DNA of 63,128 nt, counting the filler, from Vezdaea acicularis (lineage: Eukaryota): the NCBI GenBank assembly GCA_026025075.1. It is 5 parts of 5 records of this genome, joined end to end, with 100 filler letters (N's around TTAATTAATTAA, not from the genome) between each part and the next. Parts side by side here need not be neighbours in the genome. Positions count along the whole stretch, not along the records: positions 1 to 13,034 come from JAPEUI010000239.1; 4 more parts are not named here. One strand, given 5' to 3'. Position numbers and translations under genes: made by a program. This document shows positions 1-13,134 of the stretch, piece by piece; within the stretch, counting starts at the first letter, position 1; every line of letters starts with the position of its first letter. The notes under the pieces were generated by a model that had not been told where the DNA came from, ran no database searches, and worked only from the letters and a program-made list of their open reading frames with translations.

Positions 1-1488
1 GTCGAAATCCCCTCGCCGACGCGCGGGCTCCGGCGGAGTCTGCACGCGCGGAGTAGCGTCCGCAATGGCGGCAGCAGCGGCGGTGGTGGTGGTGATAGGG
101 ATAGAGCGTTTGGTGCAGGCGGATATCAGTACCAGCCATACGAGGAACAGCGCCGGAGCGTGACGAGCGGGCATATCCACCCGATCGACGAGCGAGACGA
201 GTACGAAGACTTGGGAGTGGGCGCCAGCCACCACCACGTCTCTGGCATCAGTCAACGAGATATCGTAGCCAGCGCGCCCATGCTGGATCCGTTCGTCGAT
301 CCGAATCCATTGCGGAGTCATCCCGTCTCTGCAGAGGAAAGTCCTACTAACGCCCTTCCTCTCGCAACGACGACGACGACGACGGAGCAGCAGGACCGCG
401 CGCGCGAGATTGCAGAGTGGGTCACTGACTGGAGAGCCGCGGACGCGGCGCTGAATAGTCACCTCGTCAACCCGAACACAAGCAGCCGCGCTGTCAGCCC
501 CGAGAAGGACAGGACGAGCAGCACGCTCAGCGAAGAGGGGGGAAGCGCCGTCTCGGCCCTCAGTGGCGGCGCCGCCGCCGCCGCGGGACTGGGCTCGCTC
601 TCCCGCTCGCTCAGCCAGCGAAGCGCCCAGCTCTTCTCGAGTATCTCAAACCCCTTTTCGGGCATTAATCCCTTCTCCTCTTCTTCCAGCTCGCCTACAG
701 CCTTCGAGCCGCCATCAGTTCCATCTGGGCTTATCCTCACATCCCCCGCGGGCCTCGCACGGAATACCACTCCCTCACCCACCCACCAAACCAACCCCCG
801 ACCGGACTCGCAATCCTCCTCCTCCTTCATCACCGCCGCTTCCTCCTTCCCCCGCCTCCAGACCGAAGGCGAACTCCTCCTTCCCCGCCCCGCCACCGCC
901 ACCCCCCCCGGAAGCCCTACCCGTCGCGCCCGCGCCGCCGGGTGGGTCGGGAGTGTCCGCCGCGCTATCCCTCGCTTCTCCGCCGGGAGTAGAAGCCCCA
1001 GTCCTCCCAGCGAGGCGGGGAGCGCTCATAGTCTCGGGGTTGCGCGCGAGGCGGAACTCATGCGTGTCCCGCGTGGGACAGGGGGTGGGGTGGTGTCGGG
1101 TATTGGACCGGATTGGAGAGAGCGGCTAGGTGCTAGGGAGTGGCCTGGTGCAACTGCTGCTGGTAGTGCTGCAAATGGGGTAAATGCAGAAGACTACGAT
1201 ATCGAAGCCGCGATGGCAGGGCGCGGCGTCCAGGTCATGTTCTCCGTCCCGCGCGAGCGGCTGCGCGTCGTTAATCCGGGGGATGATGGTGAGGTGGATG
1301 GGCGTTCTGATGTTGGTGCGGAAGAGGGGAAGAGGAGGCGGAGTTTGGGCGGTGGAGATGGAGAGAGTGTAGGTGGGGAAGTGGGTAGTTTGGCGGGGGA
1401 CAGTATGGGTGGGGAGGAGGAGGAGGAAGAAGAGACGGAGCCGCTCCCGCTTACCGAACGGAGGGGGGTAAGGATGGAAGTTGATTAG
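1..1488 (+). CDS. 5'-truncated gene; low-complexity C-terminal tail resembling fungal kelch/galactose-oxidase-repeat membrane proteins
   Basis: Long open frame. The motif DYDIEAAMAGRGVQVMFSVPRERLRVVN near the C-terminus resembles the tail I recall for that family; the N-terminus is outside the window. Confidence 0.55.
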   Translation, partial: VEIPSPTRGLRRSLHARSSVRNGGSSGGGGGDRDRAFGAGGYQYQPYEEQRRSVTSGHIHPIDERDEYEDLGVGASHHHVSGISQRDIVASAPMLDPFVDPNPLRSHPVSAEESPTNALPLATTTTTTEQQDRAREIAEWVTDWRAADAALNSHLVNPNTSSRAVSPEKDRTSSTLSEEGGSAVSALSGGAAAAAGLGSLSRSLSQRSAQLFSSISNPFSGINPFSSSSSSPTAFEPPSVPSGLILTSPAGLARNTTPSPTHQTNPRPDSQSSSSFITAASSFPRLQTEGELLLPRPATATPPGSPTRRARAAGWVGSVRRAIPRFSAGSRSPSPPSEAGSAHSLGVAREAELMRVPRGTGGGVVSGIGPDWRERLGAREWPGATAAGSAANGVNAEDYDIEAAMAGRGVQVMFSVPRERLRVVNPGDDGEVDGRSDVGAEEGKRRRSLGGGDGESVGGEVGSLAGDSMGGEEEEEEETEPLPLTERRGVRMEVD

Positions 1489-1731
1489 TCTTTCTTCCCT
1501 CTCCCGCTTCTACCGGTGGGATGAGCTCGCGGACCCCCTCCCCCACCTTTTTCGTGTAGGCCAAACGGATCTAGCGATGTGGCAAGCCGGCGTTTTTTTT
1601 TCTTTCTGTCTTTTGGGTTTCGGCGTCGGTTCAGTACGGTACAGGTTAGGGGAGACCGGGGTTTTTGCAAGCTCTGGATTAGGCGGGTTTGAGGCATGTT
1701 CCAGGAAACTTCTATGATACTTTTAGGATAG

Positions 1732-1773
1732 CTTCTAGCCATACTTCTAGCCATACTTCTAGCCATCTTCTAG
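1732..1773. repeat. 12-bp tandem repeat (CTTCTAGCCATA) about 3.5 copies
   Basis: Directly visible in the intergenic/3' UTR sequence. Confidence 0.85.
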
Positions 1774-2288
1774 GATACCTCCTCCCTCAGCTTTCCCCTA
1801 CCTCACCCTCTCAGCGTCCTCCGCCGTGGCGGTTGTTCTCTTTCCTCAATTCATGGGTTCAAAGGAAAGTTCCACAATCTGCTCCCCCCCCCCAATCCAC
1901 ATCCACATCTGCCGTCAACATAAACCAAACGCCCCCCCCCCCCCCTTTGTTTCGGCCCGTCGCTGAGGCTGCCATGGGGTCTAGCTAGGGCGTGTCATAT
2001 TATCCTATTTCTCACTTCTACGCGCTGGTAAGATGTCCTTGAGATCTACTGGCTCTTTGCTTCGTTGGGGGTGCGAGGGTGTCGCTGGTGGTGGGTGCTG
2101 CGGGGGTTGAGAGGAAAGGGGCGGGGAGGGGGGGGTATACCCGGATTGACGGCGCTATTGTATTTGTTGCTTGTTGCGAAGCGTCTGATACTGGATCCTA
2201 GTGGTGAGGCTCAGGGGGGGAAGTCGAGGAGGGACTCATCCCAGGTTGAAAGTAGTCGCGGAGCCCTACGGCTTCTACGGGAGCATGC

Positions 2289-3311
2289 TCACTTGGGCGC
2301 GCCGGCGATGACATTCCCATTCCGCAACCTACACCCCCCAACCAACTTCCCCAGGGGCCAGAACCTCTCCAACAGTAAATTCTGGACCAGAGCCCACGCC
2401 GCGCTACTGATCCAATAAAGCAGCATCGCAGCGGGCAACTGCAGCGTCAGCGGACCGATGGCCAGGGCAACGATCTTCAGGGTGTTGGTGAGGCGCCGCT
2501 GGTATTTTGAGGGGGCCCGGTTTTCGAGGGTGCGCCGGGAGGAGCGGGCGGAGTGGTGGATGGTGCCGAACATGAGGCTCGAGAGGAGGAAGGGGAGGAG
2601 GAGGAGGGGGTCTGGGTGGAGGAGGTTGGGGAACCAGAGGATGCCTTCGGTGGCGAGGGTTGGGTCGATGGGAGAGGGTTCTATGCTTTCGAGGGTCTCG
2701 AGGAGGGCGGGTTGGGTTTCATCCAGTGCTGCCGTACTGTCGACCGTGAATCGCTTGGTGAGAAGACCCAGCAGCCCGTCGTGAGTCCCGCAAAGCCTTC
2801 GCACGCCTTCTACGACGAAGAGGAAGACCGGGAGCTGCGTCAATGGCAGCCAACTCTTCCATGCCGCGCAACCGGCTCGTTTGTAGAGTTCCCTTTTCTT
2901 CCTGTACACCTCTAGCTTCAGTCTTTTCTCGCACTCCACTGGTCCGAGCTTGCCATATTTCTGCACGACCTCGTGACGGAGATGGTGAGACCAGCCTGAT
3001 AGGAGGGGTTGGATGGCTAGCTGTCGTTGTTGCGCCCGCCGTGTGTATAGTGACAGGGGACCCGTGATCAGAACGCGGACGAGGAGGGCGGTGAGCGGGA
3101 GAGTTAGGGACCAGGGGAGGTGAGTTGTGGTGTGCAGCTGGGTGAGGAGGGCGCTGGAGGAATCGAGGGTGTTGTTGAGTGCTTCGGCGAGGAATCGGGG
3201 GTGGGCGGTGGTGTGGAAGCTGTTGCGATGTCTGGACAAGCTGGATCTAGGTGGGATGCTTTGCGGTGAAGCGTGGAGACGGTAGAGGCGGAGTGAGGTT
3301 GGAGGGCGCAT
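2289..3311 (-). CDS. COX18: Mitochondrial inner-membrane insertase COX18 (Oxa1/YidC family)
   Basis: Arg/Ser-rich presequence from ATG 3311; motifs LHTTTHLPWSLTLPLTALLVR, LPLTQLPVF, EGILWFPNLLHPDP and PAAMLLYWISS. Confidence 0.9.
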   Translation of the reverse strand: MRPPTSLRLYRLHASPQSIPPRSSLSRHRNSFHTTAHPRFLAEALNNTLDSSSALLTQLHTTTHLPWSLTLPLTALLVRVLITGPLSLYTRRAQQRQLAIQPLLSGWSHHLRHEVVQKYGKLGPVECEKRLKLEVYRKKRELYKRAGCAAWKSWLPLTQLPVFLFVVEGVRRLCGTHDGLLGLLTKRFTVDSTAALDETQPALLETLESIEPSPIDPTLATEGILWFPNLLHPDPLLLLPFLLSSLMFGTIHHSARSSRRTLENRAPSKYQRRLTNTLKIVALAIGPLTLQLPAAMLLYWISSAAWALVQNLLLERFWPLGKLVGGCRLRNGNVIAGAPK

Positions 3312-3586
3312 GATCCTGACTCGGGTTTTCAGAACATTATTTGATCTCAGGCGCCACCAGATATAGCGAGGTGCTGGCAGTTGGTCTTCAATATGTAGAT
3401 GGTTGGAAAGAAAGGCCCATATGTGGAGAATTGTAGTTCCGGCGCCGAAAAGTGAAACTCTACCCGTCTCGGTTCGTGACAATGAACGTGGCCGTGACAC
3501 GCCCCACTACTCTTTCCACGCGGCCCTCGGCATCATGTTTACCTTGCATTAGATCTCATACGGGTGCCTCTAGCATTTCCGCAATC

Positions 3587-5391
3587 ATGACATCCATCCT
3601 GTCTTTGCTGTTGCTATTCACAGTCCTCGTCCTCACGGCCGTCTATTTCATTCCTTTCCTTGGACATCGCCTCGGCCGGACTCTAGGCTGGTATATTCGG
3701 CGGAGAACCGCGGATCGACGGGCACATCTCCTCACCCGGGCGGCTTCGGATGAGGAGGAGCATGCAGAGCAATTGCGGCATCCGAAGGCGGTGGAAGATG
3801 AGGACTGGGAGACGGTGGAGAGCTATGCGGCTGGTTCCGCAAAGAATGGGGGGAAAGCGGAAGAGGATTGGGAGGGGATTATAGGATTCTTTCATCCGTT
3901 CTGGTAAGCTTTGCCCTGATTGATATAGAGGTCTTTGGGCTTATTGAGGCATAAACAGCAACGCTGGAGGCGGTGGTGAACGGGTCCTCTGGGCTGCGAT
4001 TAGGGCAACGCAGAAACGCTGGCCAAAAGCTTTGTGTATCGTCTATACCGGGGACCATGACGTGGACAAGACTCAGATTCTTACTCGCGTGGAGGTGAGC
4101 AGGCCCCCCCTTCATGAAGAAAAGCCCATTAATCGCCCATTCTAGCACCGCTTCAACATCCACCTTCATTCCCCCCGAATCACCTTCCTCTACCTCTCAA
4201 CAAGGCACTACGTCTTGAGCAGTACATACCCACACTTCACACTCCTCGGCCAGTCACTTGGGTCTCTTGTTCTCGCTTGGGATGCGTTCTCTTTACTCGT
4301 CCCTGATATATATATTGACACAATGGGATACGCCTTTACGATAGCGCTCTCCAAACTGCTCTACCCCGAGGTACCTACCGGGGCGTATGTTCACTACCCG
4401 ACCATCAGTACCGATATGCTAGGATCACTAGATCCGAAGGCAGCGACGGAGAATCAGGGTCTCAATGCCGGGGCTGGTGTTGGATTGAGGGGCATGGCCA
4501 AGCGACAATATTGGCATTTATTCGCCCGCCTCTATAGCTGGGTTGGCGGGAGTGCAGACGTCGTAATGACAAATTCAAGCTGGACTCAAGGACATGTGCG
4601 TGCTCTCTGGGGCCCTACGCGAACTCATGCGGGCAAGCCGTACGATGTTGAGGTTGTTTTCCCGCCTGTGGCTGTCGAGGAACTGGAAGCTAAAATACCG
4701 GTGTCTCCTCAAACGGAATCGAAAAGGGAGCAAGCCATTCTCTACATCGCCCAGTTCCGGCCTGAAAAAAATCACAATCTGATCCTTCGCGCCTTTTCAC
4801 AATTCTCGGCATCCAATTCCGCAGCTGCGAAGAATGCAAAACTCGTGCTAGTTGGGTCTGTGCGGAATAGCGAGGACGCTACTCGCGTTTATGATCTACG
4901 GCTACTAGCCCACGAGCTGAAGGTCAAGGAGAAAGTGGAGTTTGTGTGCGATGCCAGCTGGCAGGAGATCCTCAACTGGCTTTCAAGAGCAAGCGTCGGC
5001 GTAAATGGCATGTGGAACGAGCATTTTGGGATCGGGGTCGTGGAGTATCAAGCCGCGGGTCTGATCAGCGTTGTTCACGATAGTGGCGGGCCCAAAGCAG
5101 ATATTGTCACGAAAGTTGACGGGAAGCCAACAGGTAGGTTCAACTCCGTCCATCCAAGTTGTTATTGTGCTGATCAGAATAGGTTACCTAGCAACAACTG
5201 CAGACGAATTTGCAGCAGCATTTGAGACGGCATTAACTTTGGACCAGGATGAGAAGTTAGCGTTACGTCTCAGGGCCCAGCAATCGGCAAAGAGATTCAC
5301 AGATGAAGAGTTCGCGAAGAGGTGGACTGTACAGATGGAGCGCCTCATTGACTTGCAAAAGCAGAACGGGAAGTACACCAAGAGACGGTAG
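3587..5391 (+). CDS. ALG11: GDP-Man:Man3GlcNAc2-PP-Dol alpha-1,2-mannosyltransferase
   Basis: [18 protein letters not shown] joined across intron 3904-3958; [21 protein letters not shown] and [12 protein letters not shown]; further introns ~4095-4145 and ~5134-5182. Confidence 0.95.
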
Positions 5392-5955
5392 ATACTTGAG
5401 GTGCATCTTAGCGCGGAATCATATCATCTATCCACTACATAGGGCTACAGTTTTTCAGAGACAATGTTGATAGATTTAGATACCCAGATAGTTCGGATCG
5501 CATTTATCAAATATTCCTTGCCTGACCTGCTTCTTCTCTTTCACACAGTAAAGATTAGCCATCCACTGCCTTTATGGAAGGTGTTGTGTACCCTAGCGTT
5601 GAACTGAGATTTAGATCAAACGATGCTTGCATAAACCCCCGGCGAGGGGTCCAGCCAGCAACCAAAGTCGTGCTAACAGAAGGGATGAAGCTAAAGCGAG
5701 AATGGAACTGCTTCCCCATGAGGACGCTGTTGGTAACTAGGACATGGCTAAGGCTAAGGTTCAGGATCGGCAGACATTTCGGGTAGATTACGGGGAGGTG
5801 AACTCAAGTAAGAAAGGCTCTACCCGTTTAGATTTCTATAATAATGGGAACATGTGACTGCTACAACAACGCTCGCGTCATGGGTGTTAATATGCCACGG
5901 GCCAGAACGCCGGAATCCTGATCCAACCCAGATTATCACTATCCAAACCCATCAC

Positions 5956-8823
5956 TTATAGCTTTACATGTGCTCCGATTCCATGACCGATGTACCAAAT
6001 CTCCTGCTTCCATTTGTCTACCCTCAAGCCCACAACCGCCGCAGCATCCAATCTCAGCGTCCCGCCCAAAGCGCTCTTGACAGCCTCGTATCCCACGCTA
6101 CCGAGACTCCATTCCACAGGCAGTCTCGGGGTTTCCGATTCCCCTGGTGGAACCTTGAAAGGTAGATCGTAGATGATTTGGCCGACGGGCTCGGTGTGGT
6201 TGTAGAAAGCGGTAGCGTTGATGCGGGTGATGAACATGGCTGTATGGGGAAGAGGTGATAGGAGAACGAAGTCAGCGGTAGAGGACAGAAGATGCATCGT
6301 GGCTCCTTCGATGAAGTGTGGTTTATCCTCGCCGTCGCTATCGCCGTCGCCATCGCCTGGCCTATTGGGCGTATGTAACCTTGGTGTGGGTATCTCAACG
6401 TTCAGTGCGGAGAGTGCGGCGCCTAGAGCTGGTTGCGATGGTATTGTGCCATTATGCGTCTTTAGCGTCAATGTAGTATTCCATCCTTGAAGAGGTTAGC
6501 TTCAGCGAGACATGGGAACAATACGAGGCAACTAGATAGCGCGAAAAGTCATGATGACGAAATATGGGAGCAGGCCACAAGACAGCAAGGCAGTTGAATG
6601 ATAGGGCGAGAATGTAGAAGGGTTGCTAATTCAGAGAGAATATTACCGGACACGTATTGCGACAACAGCTCACGACCAACACTAGACCCATTCTTGCCTC
6701 CGAGGGCCGAAGGATCCCAGAGTGCCTGGACAAGAACGTTGTCGTTTCTCCCTGGTGAGACATAAACGTTCTGGGCAGTCGCATGTCCAAGAAGGGTGTT
6801 GTTGTTCAAGATGTGGATATTGACGTAGGGGGCGTACGCCGAATACTCCGTTGGATTTGTGAAGTTGACTCGTGCCTCTAGCGTAAGGGTTTTCTCTGTT
6901 GTCTCAAGGATTGTGAGTGAGCCAACCTTGGGCGATAATGACCCAAAGCCACCTCCCGGGATAGCTAGGGCGTCGTCAGTAAGCGTAAGCTTGACGTTCG
7001 AAGCAATCACGGACGCTTAATGGCAATCTTTCCCTCAGCCGGAATCTTCTTGATCACAAATTGGCCAAGAGCAGTCTCTGCTTCAACATCTACTTCGGCC
7101 TTGATCCCAAGCTTGACGCCTTTCCCGCTTAAGAGCAATTCTGAAATAACATCAGAAAATACATCGTCGTCGGTAATATCAAGAGGAGCGTCCTTCACTA
7201 TCGACTCTACCAATAACATCGGTTTTTCGTTCCCTTTCGCTTCTTGACGAGTCGAGTTGCCTCTCTGCCATTTCTTGAGGTCTAGATTGCCAAGTTTCTT
7301 GCCATGGTAGAAGACGTCCGCGTCGGCTCGCACCCTCGAAACGTCAATTGCGAAATTCATCTCTTTTGGAAGGGCCACGAGAGCTTTCACAGTCGCCGAA
7401 AGCCGTGGCTGTGATTCTGGCGTCCCGGGTTCTGCGACGGGATTTGGTAGTGAGAAATGAACATCCGCTAAAGAGAAGTTTTTGATAAGGCTATCAAACG
7501 TATGACCTGGGAAAGGAACAGGAACAGTGACGCTTTTCATTAATTCGCCAATCCACCCAGGAGTCTCTGGAGATGGCGATTCAGCTCCTTGGACAAATAT
7601 TGTAGTTTTCGCTCCATGTATATATTCTCCTAAAAGGATATCAAGAGGGGATGAATGTGAGTTTGGGCAGTCCTTCGTAAGAACATCAGGAAGCTCGCGA
7701 ACAATGCCACTAACATTGACCTGGACGTTTGTTTTCGGCTCGATATTGATCATTTCCGTAGTTGCATCAGCGAGCATGATGTTAGGATCGAGGGGCAGGC
7801 AATTTGGCACAAGAATCTTGAATCCGAGTGGAGGGACCGTCAATTGGACTGGAAACTGGTTGAAAAGAGATAATGAGGCTTCTGCTGTCATTCCCTTCTC
7901 GCCCTCGGCTTCATGAACATTGAATTTCGTGATGTTATACTCAGGGATAGCTGGGAGGTCGTGGCCTAATAAACGTCAGTACCTGCCACCGCGCGTCGTC
8001 TTGATAGCGCTTAGAAGGAGCTTTACAAAGATTGACCTTCGAAGACCAAAGACTCAGATATACTCTGTACCCCAAGTGGAAAGATCCCCGACTTCAGTCC
8101 AACATCGGCCTTCCCTTGGACACGGAGCTGACCTAGCCTCCCCTCAATCCAGTCATTCGCAAGCTTTCTGATTCCGTCTACATTTCCAGGCTCCAGGAGC
8201 GTCAAGAAATCGACATCAGTTGAATGGCCATTTCTAATGTTGACAATAATTCTGGGCACAACAGCTGTGCCGATCAAAATGTTCCCGTACTCAGGCAGGT
8301 ATACTTTGACAGTCGACTCTTGACTTTCAACAGCTTTCGCGATCCATGTGCCAGCTCGACCTATATTCCGTACTGTGTTTTTCTTTACTCTGGAAGCGTC
8401 CATCACGAAGACGCCCTGTACCCTCGCTTGCACGCCAGTTGATGTCAAAGAATGGATCGACAGCTTCTTGGGCTCGAATATAGCAGCTTGTGTGGCGTAT
8501 TCTTCCACAACAGCAGGCGCAAAGAAGCCAATGCACAGGCCAGCTATTACAACGACTGACAGTACTGACAGAGCCACGACGCTTGGCCATCTCCTCGTGC
8601 TTTTCCTGTGTGGTGGATCCTCTGGGGAGGCTAAAGCAGTTGACTCTTCGGTACTGCTAGCTTGCTCGCCGTCAGAGATTTGTTCGTCCTCCTCTCGAGA
8701 TAACAGAGGCGTTGTTTCATCCGATGGGACTGATCGTATCGACCGGCTTGATTTCTTAGATGGAGCTCGCTGACTCGAAGACGATGACGGCCCCAGCAAG
8801 GGCGATCTCGCGCTTTCCGACAT
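5956..8823 (-). CDS. Tag1-like / DUF3712-type single-pass membrane protein (multi-exon)
   Basis: N-terminal ETTPLL motif plus one TM helix, then repeated beta-rich LEA2-like modules. Four ORF pieces are joinable by introns at ~7967-8026, ~6966-7014 and ~6488-6645. Confidence 0.75.
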
Positions 8824-9269
8824 GATGGCGACGACTCAAAAGACAGCAAAACAAGGATAGGTAGGGCAAGATGAGCCCAGGCCTAACGACGCGAAATATA
8901 AAGACGGAGTAGATAGCAGATAGATGAAAAGAAAGACGGAGTGAAAAGTAAGTGACTTTGGAGTGAAGTTGTGAAGTAGTGATGCGCCAATGACTATGGA
9001 GGCGTTACGCAGCCTCGATCAGGTCTAGCCTCTACACAGTCCTCGCGCCAGGATTTGCGCGGCCAAGGATGCATAAATATTCGCACAACCTTTGCACAAA
9101 GTTGGACCCTGCCCCGCGTTCGCATGGTGGCAGGGATGCCTTTAAAAATGGCCTGCCATGACACATGATAGCATCAATGTTTCTGATGCAATTACAGTGC
9201 ACCTACGTACTGCTTCTAGAACGGCCGATATTAGCCTCGAAATAGATTGAAGTACAACCAGTACCTCCA

Positions 9270-10501
9270 ATGACTTTTGTACGGACTTCTGTAGGAGCTC
9301 TCCGTAGAGCGAGCAGGCTTTCGGTCCGTCCATATTCGACAAGTCGGTCAGAGACAGGAAAAGCTCCTAGGCATTTCCTCTCGATCGCAGATGTCACGCA
9401 AGAGGAGCTTGTCGCTTTGGTGCGAAGAGCTTATGCCCACAAAACAGCCAAAGGTTCTGGATTGATCTCAACTACAGGATCCCCTCTTGGACCCTTGGCT
9501 GGCAAAACAGTCGCAATGATGTTCAACAAGAGAAGTACTCGGACGAGAGTCTCAACGGAAGGAGCAGTTGTCAAATTAGGAGGCCATCCCTTCTTCTTAG
9601 GTAAGGACGACATCCAATTGGGGGTAGGTTCAGTTCTACAGGCATCGTCAATCTACAAAGAGCTGTGAGGCTGAATACGCTAGGTTAATGAATCGCTGTA
9701 TGACACGGCCAGAATCATATCCTCAATGACCTCCTGTATTGTTGCCCGGGTAGGGCCACACTCGGACGTAGCAGATCTAGCAAAAGACTCAGACGTTCCC
9801 GTCATCAACGCACTATCCGCAGATTATCACCCCATGCAAACCGTCGCAGATTTTCTAACTATCTTCGAAGCTGTGCAAACGACTTCGCAGAATGTCAATA
9901 AGTCTTGGAACCAGAACCTGGATCTTGGCCTTGAGAGACGTAAGATCGCATGGGTCGGCGACGCAAGCAACGTACTCTATGATCTAGCAATTGGAGCGAC
10001 TAAGCTCGGAGTAGACGTTGCTGTTGCCACACCCAGTGGCTACGAAATGCCGCCTCATATCAAAGAAGTAATCAAACAGGCTGGAAAGGGTGTTGGCGGC
10101 GCAGGATCTCTCACTGAGACTAATATACCTGAAGAAGCCGTGAAGGGCGCCGACTTTATTGTCACAGACACCTGGATCTCCATGGGCCAGGAGGAAGAAA
10201 CTGCGAAGCGACTTAAAGCTTTCGCAGGGTTCCAGGTAACCTCGGAACTGGCCGAAAGAGGTGGGGCAAAGAAGGATTGGAAGTTTATGCATTGCCTTCC
10301 CAGGCATAAGGAAGAAGTCAATGACGATGTTTTTTACAGCCCTCGATCTTTGGTCTTTCAAGAAGGGGAGAACCGTCTATGGGCTGCCATATGTGAGTTC
10401 ACTCCAATATCCATGCCTCTCGTCCCGTATTTGGTTAACCAAATTACACAGCGGTCCTAGAGTCATTCGTTGTTAATGAAGGTAGAATTATTAGCAAATA
10501 G
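9270..10501 (+). CDS. ARG3: Ornithine carbamoyltransferase, mitochondrial
   Basis: KRSTRTR carbamoyl-phosphate motif, HPMQ, DTWISMG, HCLP and ENRLW; presequence; introns ~9625-9682 and 10393-10451. Confidence 0.96.
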
Positions 10502-10747
10502 ATAGCAGTCATGTTGAAGTAGATAATACATATACCCTAATGTCTTTGTACTCAATTAAATCACCCTTTACTTTACTTCGTGATACTATACGTAGTCTAT
10601 AATCACATGTGAGCTACCAACTTTAGATCTCACTAACGAACCTTGACGAAGCGATCAAAGTCTCATCTATCACCTCATCATCATTGAGCCCATTCTACCC
10701 AGAGCAGCGCGGTCAAGTCCCAGTTCTTCTATTCCGGCGTCATCGCT

Positions 10748-11856
10748 ATGGATGTAAGACCTCCCCGTCCCTTTGCCTACCAGCTAAACTTACTCAATAT
10801 CCACAGCCCACACAACCCTACCCCCGCCCTACCCGCCGCTCCTATACGAACATCCAGCATCTAACCCTGTCGCCCCTCCCTACCTCCCACCCTGCATCCA
10901 CGCGCATCCTCCCTAGCCGTCGCTCATATATATCACAACGTTCCGCTCCAACCTCTCCTGGGATCCTTTCCCGCAGCTCGTCCTCCACGCGCCTCCATAC
11001 CTCTGGCGTCTCACCTCTCACAACCTCCAAATCAAGCAGCGCACTCATCCGCCCTAACGCTTCTCATTCTCACCTTCCCCGAAAGCCCGCGCGCGGTCAA
11101 CCACGCAAGGGGAAAGCCAATAGCGCATCTTCGGATTGGCTCGAAAGGGCGGGTTTAGCAATAACGAGCACTACTCGTGATGCAAAGGGACAGAGCTGGT
11201 TAGCGAGCCGCGAGAGCAGTACCAGCCTGATCAGCCACGGTTCTGATGACGAAGACGAGGACGGAACCGAGACGGAGACGGAGTCTGCGCGTGAGCTGCG
11301 GGGTGGGGAGGATGCCGATGATGAGTTCAGCCCGTATAGCACACGCGCGGGCGTGAGTCGCGCAACCTCACGGTTCGCAAGCAGGCGCGGGAGTCGAGGT
11401 GGGAGTAAGCGCGGGAGTGGGGCGGAGCTGAGAGCTGCGACGCCGGGGAGGAGGGGCGTTGTTGGCGAGCAGGAGGGAGGGTATTTCGGGGAGGCGGACT
11501 TTGTGGATAAGAGTGAGTTTGAGGATGGGGAAGCGGTGGAAGGGGAGGGTTTGAGGGAGTTAGAGGAGAGGCTTGAGGATGAGGAGATGGGACGAGTGGT
11601 AAGGAGTCGGGGGAGTGGGTGGGTGGAAAGGTTGGTGGGATGGAGCTTGTTTGAGGGAGTGGAGGGAGAGGAGGGCGAGCGCGAAGAGGACTTAGCCGGT
11701 GGGGAAGGGAGTGAGACGAAGAGAGTGGCTGAGGCTGTTAGGACGAGTGGAGGGTTAGATGGCGATGAGATAGAACAGGTACCTCCAGTAGGAGAGGAAG
11801 GGGGTTGGAAAGATGCGGCGTGGCTTCTAAGCGTAGCTACGAAGGTTATTCTATAG
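10748..11856 (+). CDS. Conserved fungal hypothetical protein (DUF3984-like)
   Basis: ATG GAT followed by a GTAAGA..CAG intron (10754-10806); motifs RRSYTNIQHLTLSPL, KGQSWLASRESSTSL and C-terminal GGWKDAAWLLSVATKV. Confidence 0.65.
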
Positions 11857-12072
11857 AAGGTCGCCCAAGTTTGGCGTGCCTGTACATTTCTGCTAAGAAG
11901 GGCACTTGGTATGAGGCCATCATAAATCGAAACATCATCAAAGGCGCGCGCCTTCATTACATTGAATGAAATATCACAGCATGGAATAGTTTTGAGAGAA
12001 AGCTCCATCAGAGGGTATCTTCAATCATCTCGGCTTGAGCGTTATGGTCTCCTGCACTTCCGCTCTCAATCA

Positions 12073-13034
12073 CTAACAGTCAACCCCCTGATATCCGTAG
12101 GTACCGACTACAAAGTCCCTGACAAACGCAAATGCCTCACGTGGCTTATCATGCGGTACCGCGTGGCCTGCGCCATGGAAGAGATGGTATGTCAGACCAC
12201 GTTCACAGCCCCAAGTACCCGATTTGATCCCGTCCGAGAAGAACGGCATGTCAGGCTTGTTGGAGAGGCCTTGCCCGCCGTTCCAGGTCATGTTCTGGAT
12301 GACTAGCTCGGTGCCGAGGTGGTTGAGAAGGATGTCCTACTGGTATGAGTAACTTACTACTTCGGTACTAAGTTCAAAGGGGAAACGTACAAGGTCGCCT
12401 GAATAGAGGTGTACTTGAACGCTCCGGAGTAGTCGAGGCAGAATATCGTATGCAGGTGGCGGAGGAACGTTACCCGGCTCTCCAAGTAGATATTGTACTG
12501 TCTGATTGCAGTCTTCAAATGTCTTATTGACATGTATCGCCGCTTGTAGCGCAGGCTGGTTGAGGTAGTCCGTGAAGTCCGTCAAGTCTTCGTTAACGCC
12601 GGCATTGTCGCAATTGTACTTGATATTATATTGGCTGAAGCTATGATTTTGGATGTTCAGTTCATTTGTGAGCGCGGATGCTGAGAGTGGGTGGGCTTAC
12701 CAAGGCTGTACAGTGTACAAGTAATCTAGGGCCGCCGAGTAAACGGCACAGCTCCTCCCTGCTAGATCAATGCCTCCTCCACAATGATCGATCTCGTAGT
12801 CGATCTCAGCAGGGGTAGTTGGGCCTCCGCATGAGTAGTTGGCTGGGAGGGTATAGTTGGAGTTTAGGGATTGACGTCTGCGCTTATAGTTCTGACCCTC
12901 GGGATCACTCTTGATATATATTTTGCCCTTTGGCGGATACGTTGCCTGGGAGAGAATGCCACTAAGGCCGCATTTTTGATCACCCTTGACAAACTCATCG
13001 AGGATATTTTGGGGCCTAAGGAGTTGGTAACCAA
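12073..13034 (-). CDS. Serine carboxypeptidase (S10 family), 5'-truncated by the spacer
   Basis: YLNQPALQAAIHV, LYSGDL, TWNGGQG and ERGLTY..FHGAGHAVP (catalytic His); two introns. Confidence 0.88.
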
Positions 13035-13134
13035 NNNNNNNNNNNNNNNNNNNNNNNNNNNNNNNNNNNNNNNNNNNNTTAATTAATTAANNNNNNNNNN
13101 NNNNNNNNNNNNNNNNNNNNNNNNNNNNNNNNNN
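13035..13134. other. Artificial contig spacer
   Basis: 44 N + TTAATTAATTAA (stops in all six frames) + 44 N. Confidence 0.98.

Noticed and set aside
13079..13090. TTAATTAATTAA as a biological motif or piggyBac TTAA site
   Set aside because: It sits in the middle of N runs, identically four times, so it is an assembly linker.
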